Below the pieces are notes generated by a model, which was not told the DNA's origin, did not search any database, and worked only from the letters and a program-made list of their open reading frames with translations. Shown here piece by piece: positions 1 to 11,126 of a stretch of 64,000 nt of DNA; the stretch's first letter is position 1; every line of letters starts with the position of its first letter. Origin of the DNA: Zootoca vivipara (Eukaryota); the NCBI RefSeq assembly GCF_963506605.1, contig NC_083283.1, positions 72,850,001 to 72,914,000 on the forward strand, written 5' to 3'. A program made the translations under genes and the position numbers.

Positions 1-59
1 TAAACACTTTAAGGCAAGCAGGCGTGGAGCGTCTTTACTCAAGAGTAGCTGGAAAAACC

Positions 60-128
60 CCTGACAGTTATGAAGGGTAATTCTTTGGGGAAGCCAAGTG
101 CTTTTAAATATATGGTGTGTATGCAGCC
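60..128. mobile_element. Right end of a MITE, probably PIF/Harbinger-type
   Basis: Ends in GTGCTTTTAAATATATGGTGTGTATGCAGCC followed by TTA (Harbinger-type 3-bp target); left end not identified. Confidence 0.4.
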
Positions 129-363
129 TTATTGATGTCTTGGGCGGCGGCGGGGGGTCGGCTGTAGCCTTTATACATTATTTGATCTAACTTCCACAAA
201 ATTAATAGCTGAATAGTAACCTCTGAACAAAATGTGATCCATCCATTTCAGATAATAATTGTTCAAATAATAGATTCTGTCCCTATTTATGTAACCTCTG
301 TTTTGAAATCCCTCTGTTTTCCTAAGCCACCACTGCCAGTCTAAAGCCATGCTTCCCAAATCA

Positions 364-680
364 GATTATTTTTATTACTTTTTTATTTAATTCTTTTTTC
401 CAATGTGAAATTACAATATAAATTATACATATAAAACCAAAACAAAGAAAAATAAAGAAAAACTATAACATTCATAGTACATAACAAAGCATACATAGAT
501 TTTGACTTCCTTCCACTGTTTCGGGACTTCAAATTTTCAATCTTCTTAATTGCTGTGTTTTATTTATATTACTTCTAGCTTTATACCTATTGGAACCATT
601 TCTTCATTTACTTACCAAATCAGATTCTAACAGATTAACCCACAGACAGTGCAGTTTTGAACATCCCATTCTGTTCAGCT
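364..680 (-). mobile_element. Probable L1 3'UTR remnant
   Basis: T-rich tail then A-rich tract and a GACTTCC motif, same layout as the 3'UTR of the L1 at 62087-63765. Confidence 0.4.
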
Positions 681-695
681 CACATATATACATAT

Positions 696-726
<31 letters not shown>

Positions 727-904
727 AATACATATAGGGGCTTCGTAGGAAATTGGGGTAACTTTAAATGTTTCCTTTAAAACACTAGAATGGAAGTGCA
801 TAATGGCTACTGAATAGAATACATGTAGAGGCAGAGTAGACTCTACAGCAAGTAAAAGAATATAGGAAAATATTAAATTCTGATTCCTAACGGCTAAGAT
901 GTGC

Positions 905-1010
905 ATCATCATCATCATTTTATTTGCATGCTGCCTTTCCACAGTTAAAACAATGCTCAAGGCGGCTTACAATATGAAAAGCTTTACGTAATTACAAATA
1001 TAGCAAAGTA
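905..1010 (-). mobile_element. Old L2-type 3' end
   Basis: (TCA)n tail followed by ...TGCTGCCTTT...CTCAAGGCGGCTTACA, typical of an L2/SINE terminus. Confidence 0.4.
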
Positions 1011-2129
1011 GTCATAAAAATAAAAGACATTAAAACTACATAACCAAACCGAACAATTTCCACATAAAAATAAAGATTCAAAAAGTTAATATCAGTAACA
1101 AGAACAAAAACTCCCAATTAAACTTTCCCCAAAATACCCCAGTCCTTGCTGGACAGCAGCCACAGCAGCAGTCCTTATGAGGCCTATCAGGCCCCACCCT
1201 GGGCCAGGTGGAGAGAGGCATGCATTAACTATTTGGGGCAATATTTTGTCCCCAAGACGTATGAGTTAGCAGTTGCTCTGTTCCAGGTATTTTATTTTAT
1301 TTTTTTATAAAAACCCAAGTACTTTGTCTTTTAAGAAAGAACAGCAATAAGAAAAGGTTCATTTAGTGGCTCGTAGTGGCTTGTCATATATGGCCTATAT
1401 GCTGAATTTAGCTTGATGGGCCACAGGTTGCGCAGGTCTGCCTTATCTACTTCTTGGGGAAAATCTAATTTATTTTCATTCATCTTACAGACAAGAGTTT
1501 ATTCAGATTTTAGTTCTTTTAGAGGTGCTTGTCTTTGCTTTAGAGGTCAAATGAAATCTGCCTTTCTTATAGTGATGGGCACAAGATTTAAAGATAAATT
1601 GTGCCCCTTAGATAGTTTATTTGACAAGTGACAACCAGGCTTTATTGTATTGTGTTAATGTTTGGCAGGTTGTTTAAATATGCCAGACAAGATGGTGGTA
1701 TTTCCCCCCACTAACACATGCTATTATATGCAGCTATTCATTCAGTGAGAATTGTGGATTACCTGGGAGAATTCTGGGAGGCAACTGATAAAGGGGCTTA
1801 TTTTTAAAGCATTTGTGCTCCCTGTTGCATTTTCACAACAATGACTGAGCATCAAAATATGGTTTTCAAAGCCAGTCTGCTGATGCTGTGGGAGCACCTA
1901 TTGGAATGTACCACATCACCATGTTTGCTGTCACAATTCACAAGCAGCTCCTTATCTGTTTTAATTTAGGAGCTATAGTATAGGCATATAGATTATTTTT
2001 TTACTCAAATTAGACCATACATTTACCTTGACAGTTTGCTTCTGTTGTCTGAAATGCTTCCTCCAAATATTTCCTGAACATATCTGGCTTGACCTTCCCC
2101 TGTCCCCAATATGCAGTTAACAACATACA

Positions 2130-2134
<5 letters not shown>

Positions 2135-2180
<46 letters not shown>
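2135..2180. repeat. (AT)23 microsatellite
   Basis: Perfect dinucleotide run. Confidence 0.97.
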
Positions 2181-2182
<2 letters not shown>

Positions 2183-2387
2183 ATATTGCTCATTGTGAGC
2201 CCAAACTGAAAGCCCAGGAACTACAAGAAACACCTTCCCCTATTAATCAGAAGTCAGTTGCAATCCATTCCATGTTCGAGCCTGATATGCTGTCAACCTC
2301 TAACACAGAGGTGAATAACTTCTGTATTTCCAAGAACATGGTAGTCTTGGGAATGTTCTAGCCTCCACAAAGTCTCCACCCAGATAT

Positions 2388-2908
2388 TGTTAGCCTTCAG
2401 GGACTCTGCATCCTCCCCCCCCTTGGCCGTCAAGAAGCAGTGCAAAGAGAAAGCAGTCTCTTACCAATAACAAAAAAATGTTTACCGGTAATGAGCACAG
2501 CAAAAGAACAAGTGACCATTCTCGGAGTGCAGGCGCTCCCAATTAAAGTTCTGCCCACTTCCCTCTAGTCACTTCCATCCTCTCATCTCCTAGCCACCTG
2601 ATCTCTCAACCTTTGAGACTTTTGCGCAACCACCTTATCTAATCCCCTAGCCTTGGGACTGAGAGGCTGCACATCTTCCAGTGAGAGAGAGTCGGCTAGC
2701 TCACTCTCTTCCCGTTCTTCTTCTTGCTGTTCACCTCCCAGTTCTACCCAACTATTGTCTTCTGAAGTGTGCCCCTCAGCAAACTGTTGTTCCAAGTCAA
2801 CACTACTCCACTGCTCCTCTGGAGTTTCAGGATCCTGGCCGTGAGAGGGGGCGGGGAGGCTCCCACCATTCCTCATCAGAGTTGTACTCCTCAGCCTGGT
2901 CTATGACA
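2388..2908 (-). mobile_element. Solo LTR (521 bp) with a decayed acidic ORF
   Basis: TG...CA termini (TGTTA...TGACA); perfect 5-bp TSD GATAT at 2383-2387 and 2909-2913. Confidence 0.75.
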
Positions 2909-4072
2909 GATATAGGGTCACCATGTGGCCTGGATTTTTATTGATTTTTATCATGCCACCAAACACATATTGAGACTATGAGTTCTCCATTTTCCTTAAA
3001 GTGTAAATAAATACAGAAGTCAGTTGCAGAACATTGACTATAGTGCTGTAGTGAAACAAAGATAATAGATTTCCTATTTTCCCTAGAATGTTGTTGCTTT
3101 GATAGAAAGAGTTTAAAGCCTTCCTTTAAAACACTTTGCCCCCTTTTTTCTATAATTAGTGTAATTCAGGGTGCTTTATCCTCCCATAAACTATACTTAG
3201 AAGCTGAATGTAATTTATATAAGAGTATTATCTTTTAACTTTCTTTTTAAAGAAACATGGAGGGAATTTTGGACTTAATCCCCCCCCCCCGCCTTTCGGA
3301 CTATCTAATTTTGTAGCAAGTAGCAACACTCCAGTATGGATGGTTGTAGCTTCCAAACCAGGTCCCCCCTCCCGCCAAGAAACCCTGAAAAACACTAGAC
3401 TCTTTTAGTGTTGCTGAGACAAAGTTATAGTTAACTGCAACTACTGCAAGCAAAACTGCAAGCCATGCTGGTAGATATGAGGAGGTTGTCTTGACCTGCT
3501 GAAGGCATGATGATTGCTAAATTATTATAAATAATTATAATACCATTTTAAATTAAATGGTATATTTAATTATATATATAAATTACCATTTTAAAATAAT
3601 TATATACATTTGACTTTTAATTTTTCTCCATTACTTGTTCTTGTCACTTCTTCCCACCACATGTGAACGAAATCTCTTTTGGGCACTTCTAGCATGTGGT
3701 AGGATAGGTTTTAATGATTGTTTTGTATCTGTCATTAAATTCTTCCTGTTCGTTCTGATGGTTACATAGTGACGAAATTGGCTTTTAATTGGTTAGTTCC
3801 TATTATGGAATGGGGAAAGGGGTTTAATTGCTGTCTTCTTCTTTGCAGCCAGAGCAAGTGCTCATTAATTTATTTTAAATTTTGTGAGCAGAATTTTGTA
3901 AGTGTGCTCATTACAAAATAAAATAAAAGAGTGAGGAATTGCTCAAGCTACAAAGAAGAAGAAAAAGTCTGATCCAGCAGGCTGCTCTTATGTTGTGCAT
4001 AGACTTGTACTGCTGCTATATTTTTAAAGAGCTATTCTAAAAGAAGTTGGGATGACAACATGGAAAACACTG

Positions 4073-4210
4073 GGAAGCAATGATTGGTGCAAAGTTACCT
4101 TGGGAGCTGCATAACTCCAGGCAATTGGAAGCCATGCCTTGGTTTCTGAATGTTTTGGAAGTCGGACAGACTTCCAGAACGGATTCCGTTCATTTTCTGA
4201 GGTACCACTG
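4073..4210 (-). mobile_element. Tc1/mariner (Tigger-like) MITE half
   Basis: Ends GAGGTACCACTG+TA; reverse complement resembles the left arm of 28321-28562. Confidence 0.7.
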
Positions 4211-5074
4211 TACTTCCAATAGGACTTACAAAGAGATTTTTTTTCCTAAGCCAGTGATATCAAAACAAAGCATATGGTATGGTAATGTTCAGGCACTTTT
4301 AGAGCAAAATAAAATCTTTAGCAAATAACCTGTAACATTCTTTCATGACTCTCAACTTCACAAGTATGTTTGTGTTACCTTCTGGTTCACATTCAACCTA
4401 GCCTACAGATCAGAAAATACAACTACTCATTTCACACTTTTACATTTTTAGCAAGGTTACTAACTTAGGTAACACCAGCCTTTAAATCCTTAGCTCTGAA
4501 AAATCATAGGCTAGTGATCCTGAAGACTGGCAGAAATTAGAGTCTAAAGAGGGATTAAATAAATAATAATTACTATCATGCAGGAAAAGAAAACCTGGAA
4601 ATTGTCGATTAAACGAACAATTAAGATGGAGCAGCCCAGTGGCCCAGTTAACTCTGTGCACTTGAATTTTTAGAAAGATCCCCCACCAAAAGTTCATGAG
4701 CAGTGCCATCCTGTACATGTCTACAAAAGTTCCATGGAGTTCATAGGATGAACTCTTAGATAAGTGGATAGGGTATTGTAGACTAAAAGAATAAAAGAAT
4801 AATGAAGTTTACACATGCATGCTAATCACTATTATGTGCAAAACTGTCATGATATATCAAATGTAATGAAACTTACTGTAGTTGGTCTCAACTGTGTCAG
4901 ATCAACACCGCTACCTACATGAATCTAGCTTTCCACACATACTGTTCCCCATATCCACTTAAGCACAGAAGCAGGATTCTGGGTTGATATTCCCAGAAGT
5001 GTGGAAAACTGTGTGTCTTTGGGTTGAAAATCCCCCCAGAAGCTATAGTATAGTCCAAGAGTAGACTACATGAT

Positions 5075-5160
5075 GTTCTCCAGATGTTGTTGGTCTACAA
5101 CTCCCAGCATGCTGATTGGGCTTGATGGGATTTGAAGCCCAACAATATATGGAGGGTACC
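5075..5160. mobile_element. Decayed hAT-Charlie/URR1-like MITE
   Basis: TCCAGATGTTGTTGGTCTACAACTCCCA...GATGGGA...TGGAGGG palindromic core like 35313-35448. Confidence 0.55.
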
Positions 5161-5496
5161 ACATTCTTCATTTACTTCTGCATAATGTATTTCTGCCAAA
5201 ATAAGATAAAATCTGGTAGTCACTGGTCAAATACCTTATAAAGATCACCTCTCTTTTAATTATGGACCCAATTGTCTTGCAGTAAGTCTTCATTGCTCCA
5301 CTAGAACTGAATGAGTTCTCATATCCGCATAGCTGAGATGCATATTGGAACCTGAGTGGGGCCTTTAAAGCAAGTTCAAAGGGAAGTTCAAGACAAGTTC
5401 ACTGCGATTTAGTGAAACGAGGGATTTCAAGGTGATGCCGACAAAACTATTTATTTAAGGCAATAAATATTTTATGGGTGGCTGGGGACATTATAA

Positions 5497-6057
5497 GCAT
5501 GTAAGAAATACCCTGCTGGATCAGAGATTGCGTTCTTTTGTCACAGTGGTCAACCAGCTAGCTATGGGAAGCCCTGAAACATCAACCCCCTGCTTATCAA
5601 TCCCGGTAGCTGGTATTCAGATGAATAGGTAAAAGGTAAAGGTAAAGGACCTCTGGATGGTTAAGTCCAACCAAAGGTGACTATCGGGTTGCGGTGCTCA
5701 TCTCACTTCAGGCCAAGGGATCTGGTGTTTGTCCACAGACAGCTTTCTAGGTCATGTGGCCAGCATGACTAAATCGCTTCTGGCCCACAATGGAACACTA
5801 TGGTGGAATCCAGAGTGCATGGAAATGCCATTTACCTTCACCCGACAGTGTTACCTATTTATCTACTTGCACTGCCATGCTTTCAGAATACTGCCTTGCA
5901 CACTGGAGGTAGAACATGGGTATCATGTAGCTTTGGCTAGTAGCCATATCCTCCATGAATTTGTCTAATCATCAATAAAAGCCATCCAAGATGCTCCCCA
6001 TCACTATCTCTTGTGGGAGTGAATTTCATAGTTTAACTTTATGCTGTGTAAAGAAGC
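5497..6057 (-). mobile_element. CR1 LINE 3' end (long-3'UTR type), interrupted by a Sauria SINE
   Basis: CTGCTGGATCAG...TGGTATTCAGA...CCTCCATGAATTTGTCTAATC...; homologous to 16640-16945 and 58135-58465. Confidence 0.7.
5628..5884 (-). mobile_element. Sauria SINE, 5'-truncated
   Basis: (GGTAAA)n tail and GGTCATGTGGCCAGCATGACT core. Confidence 0.9.
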
Positions 6058-8031
6058 AGCTCAGGGTCCAGTGGATCCCAGGCCAGCTCAGCCATGCTCA
6101 TGAAATGCCTCATTTCAGGGACTTCAGCCGGTAGGGAATGTTCCAATAGGTCTTTGATCTGCCTGCACAATCAGTGGCCAGCTGAAGGTTAGCTGAGCTG
6201 GTAGAAGCAAGAGCAAGGATCCCTCAACCCAAAACTAGATCCTGGTGAAGGGGTCTAAACTACACTGTGGGTGTAGAGTTCTGTTCCATTTTCTGAGCAT
6301 TTTGCCCTAATTTTGCTTATCTGCACTATAGAATGCCGTAATACAGATATAAATAATCTTTGTAAACAATTATGTTTTGAGAATGTGTCTGCTGGAGAAT
6401 GAGCTGTTCATTACTTCTATATAATGCTCTTTTTATCACCCAGCAGGAATTTATTTTGGGCGGCTAATTATGTGTCATAAGTGCCATTAATATTCATCTG
6501 TTTTGTAAATAGAAAGGGAGTAAGAAAGGAATGTAACAACATAAAATATTTCAGGAATCAAATACTTGTTCACTAATTTCTATTTAATTTGGCTCTTACT
6601 TAAAGGCATTTGATTGCTATTTAGAAGAAGTTGTTTTCTAAAAACATGCCATTGTACTGTATATTTATTCTTATATTTTTTAAAAAAAATATTTTTATAA
6701 TTAGACCCTGTGATTGCCAACTTTTTAGTCATTTGCTGCTATTGTATCTCTGATAGGATCCCAAAATGTAGTTGTTAGCCAGGTGGTAATTTTGTACTAT
6801 ATGCATAGAGACAAAGTATCACTGGCTGGTTTCTGCACTTCTGATTGCTATCAAAGGCAAAAGATTGGGCCACACTGCCATTTTTTTTTGCTGCAATTTC
6901 TATGCACAATAATGTGATTTGTAAGCAGGCTTTTTGTTCCACCGCTTTCCCCGGGAAAACCCACTGTTTACTGCTTAATCGGAACAAATATGAATCAAGT
7001 TTCCATGGGAAAAGCGGTGGAACAACCCTCCCCCCTCAGACTTGTGCCTGCAAATCACAAACATGTTCCTAAAAATCACAGCACAAATGTTAAGTGTGGA
7101 TGAGTCCTCGGTTGTTTCTAATACTTTGACAACTTCACTAGGACTAAGTTCTGCAGTGTTGGTGTCTCTCCCCGCCACAAACCTATTAATTAGGGGAAAG
7201 AGACCCCAGAGGACAACCCCACCCAATTCTTAAAGTATTAGTAGGCCACCTGAGAATTCAGCTTTTCAGACTGAATCATTTTATATATATATATATAAAG
7301 TTCTCAGAGGCCAGCAGCCTCTGGTCTGGACTTCATTGATATTCAGTAAACAAAAATGAAGTCAATTCCTGTCAACATCCAATTTTTCACAAGGGACAGG
7401 GAAATGTGGTGCGGAGATTAATGATCATGATTAACTCTGAACAGGTTGTGGTTTTATGCCCCAGTGATTTTTCCATCGTTTATCCTGGGAAAGATGCTAA
7501 ATTAGCCACATATGCCTTCAGCCACCACATTGGATAGAACCTTAAACATTTAAGTTGTTTTTTTAACTGAATATTTTGCAGACTGTGGTCTCCATGAGAC
7601 ACCTTGCAAAAAAACCCAACAAATCACCTTGCTCTAAGTTAACTATAATGGGTAGTCTCCAGCCTGAAACTATAGAGAAATAAATAAATAAAATATATTT
7701 GGTTTAACATGCCCTTTGGGTATTCTTGATTGTTTATCTTTCTTGCATACTGAGATCTTAGAATGAAACTTGGTCCACACATTCAGGAGAGAATTCTGCA
7801 ATTCAAGCTAGAATGCCATCTCAGTCTCCACTGAGTTGTTTTCAAGAGGAGGTGGAAAATGAACATATAGTGGATTGATTGATTATATTTCTATGCTGTA
7901 AATTTCTATACGGTAAATCTCAAAGTGGCTTACAAACAATAAATAACAATATCAAAGCAGAACATCACAAATACAACAAAAATGATATAAAATAATTAAC
8001 AAATAATCAGTAAAACATGATGATGATGCCG

Positions 8032-8083
<52 letters not shown>
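8032..8083. repeat. (AAC)~17 microsatellite
   Basis: Perfect trinucleotide run. Confidence 0.95.
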
Positions 8084-8084
<1 letters not shown>

Positions 8085-8175
8085 TCCCATCTTCCCCGAC
8101 CACTGGTCCTGTTAGCTAGGGATCATGGGAGTTGTAGGCTAAAACATCTGGAGGGCCGCAGTTTGGGGATGCCTG
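8081..8175 (-). mobile_element. hAT-Charlie/URR1-like MITE, one end lost
   Basis: Near-identical reverse complement of the left ~95 nt of 35313-35448; ends AGTTTGGGGATGCCTG. Confidence 0.8.
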
Positions 8176-8303
8176 CTATAGAGCATACTCAGTCCTAATA
8201 GGGCTATTCTCCCCTTCTGCAAACTTTGGGATTCATTCAATTCCCTCTTGTGCATGGATAGTATTGTCTTGGCTTGAGCAATGAAAATATAAGAAGGATT
8301 GTA

Positions 8304-8528
8304 CAGTCGTACCTCAGGTTGAGTACACTGCGGGTTGCGTACTTTCAGGATGCGTACTTTCGGGTTCTGCTGCGCACGCATGCACAGAAGTGTTCTGCAT
8401 GCTTCGCACATGCGCAGAAGTGCTCTATCAGTGCTTCACGCATGCGCTAAAGCGTCACTTGGGTTAAGTAATTTTCGGGGTGTGAATGGCACCCAGAACG
8501 GATTAGGTACTTAACCAAGGTACCACTG
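8304..8528. mobile_element. Tc1/mariner MITE with internal ~30-bp tandem units
   Basis: TIRs CAGTCGTACCTCAGGTT / AACCAAGGTACCACTG, TA on both flanks; three GCATGCGCAGAAG-like units. Confidence 0.85.
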
Positions 8529-9263
8529 TAAGTAAATACAACTGCCGTCAGAGGATTAAAAAACAAGAAATAAAGGGAGAATATTGTGGAAGGAAATAAT
8601 TAAATTATTTTATAATGTAAAGGCAAGGCTTCTGAGCATTGTAATTTGCTGTTGTGTGTGTATGGAATTTTGATGCATCCATCAACCTCCAGGTTTGCTT
8701 AAAGTTGTTGAGATATGGGTGACAACTCTTCCAATATTCAAAATGTGGCTCTGCGTAATGGTTGGTAATATCATGAGATACCAGTAAAAATACTGAGGCA
8801 TCTGAGAATATTGCATGTATGTCTGGTACTGTTGGCATCTATCTGTCTTGAGAGACAATGGATGAGTGTGCGATCAGGGGTAAAGTCAAGCTGTTGGAGA
8901 GTTACAGTGCCTGCTGTGGGTGTAGAGACTGACATGGGAGAGGCATGGGTTTTTTGTTTGTTTTCTGTTTGCAGCTGGGGCACATGAAGGCATCCGATTT
9001 CACTGTTACAGATGCACCATGGTGTTTCTTCTCTCTGTGCTCCTCCCAGCGGTCATTTTTTTTAATAATAATTTTTATTAGTTTTATAGACAAAGAAATA
9101 ACAAAAGCATACTGAAAAAACACATTTAAAACAACAGAAAAGAAAAAAGAAAAAGAAAAATCAAAGTATAAATCCAAATTCGTTTAACATTATATATAGG
9201 GACTTCCCAGCAGTCATTTCCCCTATGGTCACTGCTGTGGATAAACAACCTGTCTGTTTGTCT

Positions 9264-9508
9264 GTGGTGCTGTAGTGGTTAAGAGCTGTGGACTCATAAT
9301 CTGGTGAACTGGGTTCGCATCCCCGTTCCTCCACATGCTGCTGCTGGGTGACCTTGGGCTAGTCACACTTCTCTGAAGTCTCTCAGCTTCACTCACCTCA
9401 CCGAGTGTTTGTTGTGAGATTGTTAGCCGCTTTGAGACTCCTTAGGGTAGTGACAAAGCGGGATATCAAATCCAAACTACTACTTCTTCTTCTTCTTCTT
9501 CTTCTTCT
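9264..9508 (+). mobile_element. tRNA-headed CORE/MIR-like SINE with (CTT)n tail
   Basis: A-box-like TGTAGTGGTTAAGAGC, B-box-like GGTTCGCATCC, CORE-like GTGACCTTGGGCTAGTCAC, L2-like end GCCGCTTTGAG...AAAGCGGGATAT. Confidence 0.8.
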
Positions 9509-11050
9509 TGGGATTTCCACCCAGCAGGTTAACATAGCCAACCTTCATGTCATATTTGCAGATATCTGCATAACACAGATTTGGTCTGCCAACAGGCTTG
9601 GTGCCTGAAGCCGGCTCCCCCTAACACACATCCTTGGGAACCCAGCCATCTTCCATTCTGTGGACATCACCAAGCCATTGTAGATATCATTGAGACATGA
9701 ATGCCAAACATGCTGGGAATGTGGGCTTGGGGGAGCACATCTTTGTCCTGACCTGGACATATGGAAGGCTTTGAGGCACTGCTCCTGGCAGGTGTAAGTT
9801 GCCAAGTAAAAGAAGATAAGATAGCAATAAAATGAGCAAGACACCAATAAGAACATTGATGCACCTCAGAATGCTGCATACCCGGTATGTCTGTGGTATA
9901 ATGAAGATTTTAATATGAAAAGGCTGCTTTCTAGTTTGGGCAGATGTCCTTTTCAATCCCAGCAGTTTGATTTGTTAACATTACCGGTAGGGTAGTTTTG
10001 TTCAGAGGTTCACACTTGTACTAGTTGAATAGAAGAAGAAGAAAAAACTGCCCCATTTAGTATTCTTATAGATTCACAGGGTGATTAAAATGTCATGTCA
10101 GCAGCCAGGCTGCTATCAGGAGAGGGATGCAAAGTAATCACACCAGCAAATTTTCCTCCAGCAACTTATTTTCTACCATTGAAAAAAATAATGTATATTC
10201 AAAGCATGCACATTTAGAAAGCAGTTTTGACAAATTATTGAGAAGCTGAATTAATAACATAAGCTGAACTCATTTTGGCTATTAAAAGAGCCTTAAATTA
10301 TTTACTTTTCTTCTTTTATATGCAAACTTTCATTACTTTGCACAGCCAGGCTATTTTGAAATCTGATGCAAGTGCAACTGATGCAATTCTACATCCTCAT
10401 CACAATGCTCTTTGAATTCCACTAAATTGACTGGATGTGTCTCTTGCAGGTTGGAATATGTACTCGTATCACTTCCAGTGACTCTAATGGTTGTGTGGGG
10501 AACTAGTTGTGCATGGCAGAGGCCAGAGGCACGAACTTACAAAGCAGATGGGGGAGGGCTGGCAGCATTTGTGTGACATCTCACACAGGAAACTTGGCAT
10601 GTGTTACATCACACCAGTGTTAAATTCACTGCAGCCCACAAAAACAGTCCCAGGGATCGGTGGCTAAAGAGCTCTCTGCTCCCAAGTCCCGTACCCACCC
10701 ACCCCAGCCACCGAGACTAGCATTTGCTCCCAAGGCCTGGGGCAGCAGGTCTTCTGAACTCTAGGATGAACCTGCTGAACTGTGTATGTTGTTCTGGTGG
10801 CAGTGGTGGGTCAGGGTTCGGGACTTGGGAACAGAAAACTCATAGCCTCAGCTCACAAAAACAGCAGCAGTAACAACACACTGGGGAACAATGGCTAAAG
10901 AGTGCATCGTCTGGGCTCGGACTCTCTCTTTTCCCCTTCATGCAGGCACACCATGCAAGGCCAAAAAAGGAGGCATTCTTGCAAACATCAGTAAGAACAT
11001 TGTGGTGATAGCAGCAAAATCCACTCTTCAGCCCAAGTGATCAAGGCTTT

Positions 11051-11051
<1 letters not shown>

Positions 11052-11123
<72 letters not shown>
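11052..11123. repeat. (CAG)24 microsatellite
   Basis: 72-nt uninterrupted run. Confidence 0.97.
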
Positions 11124-11126
<3 letters not shown>

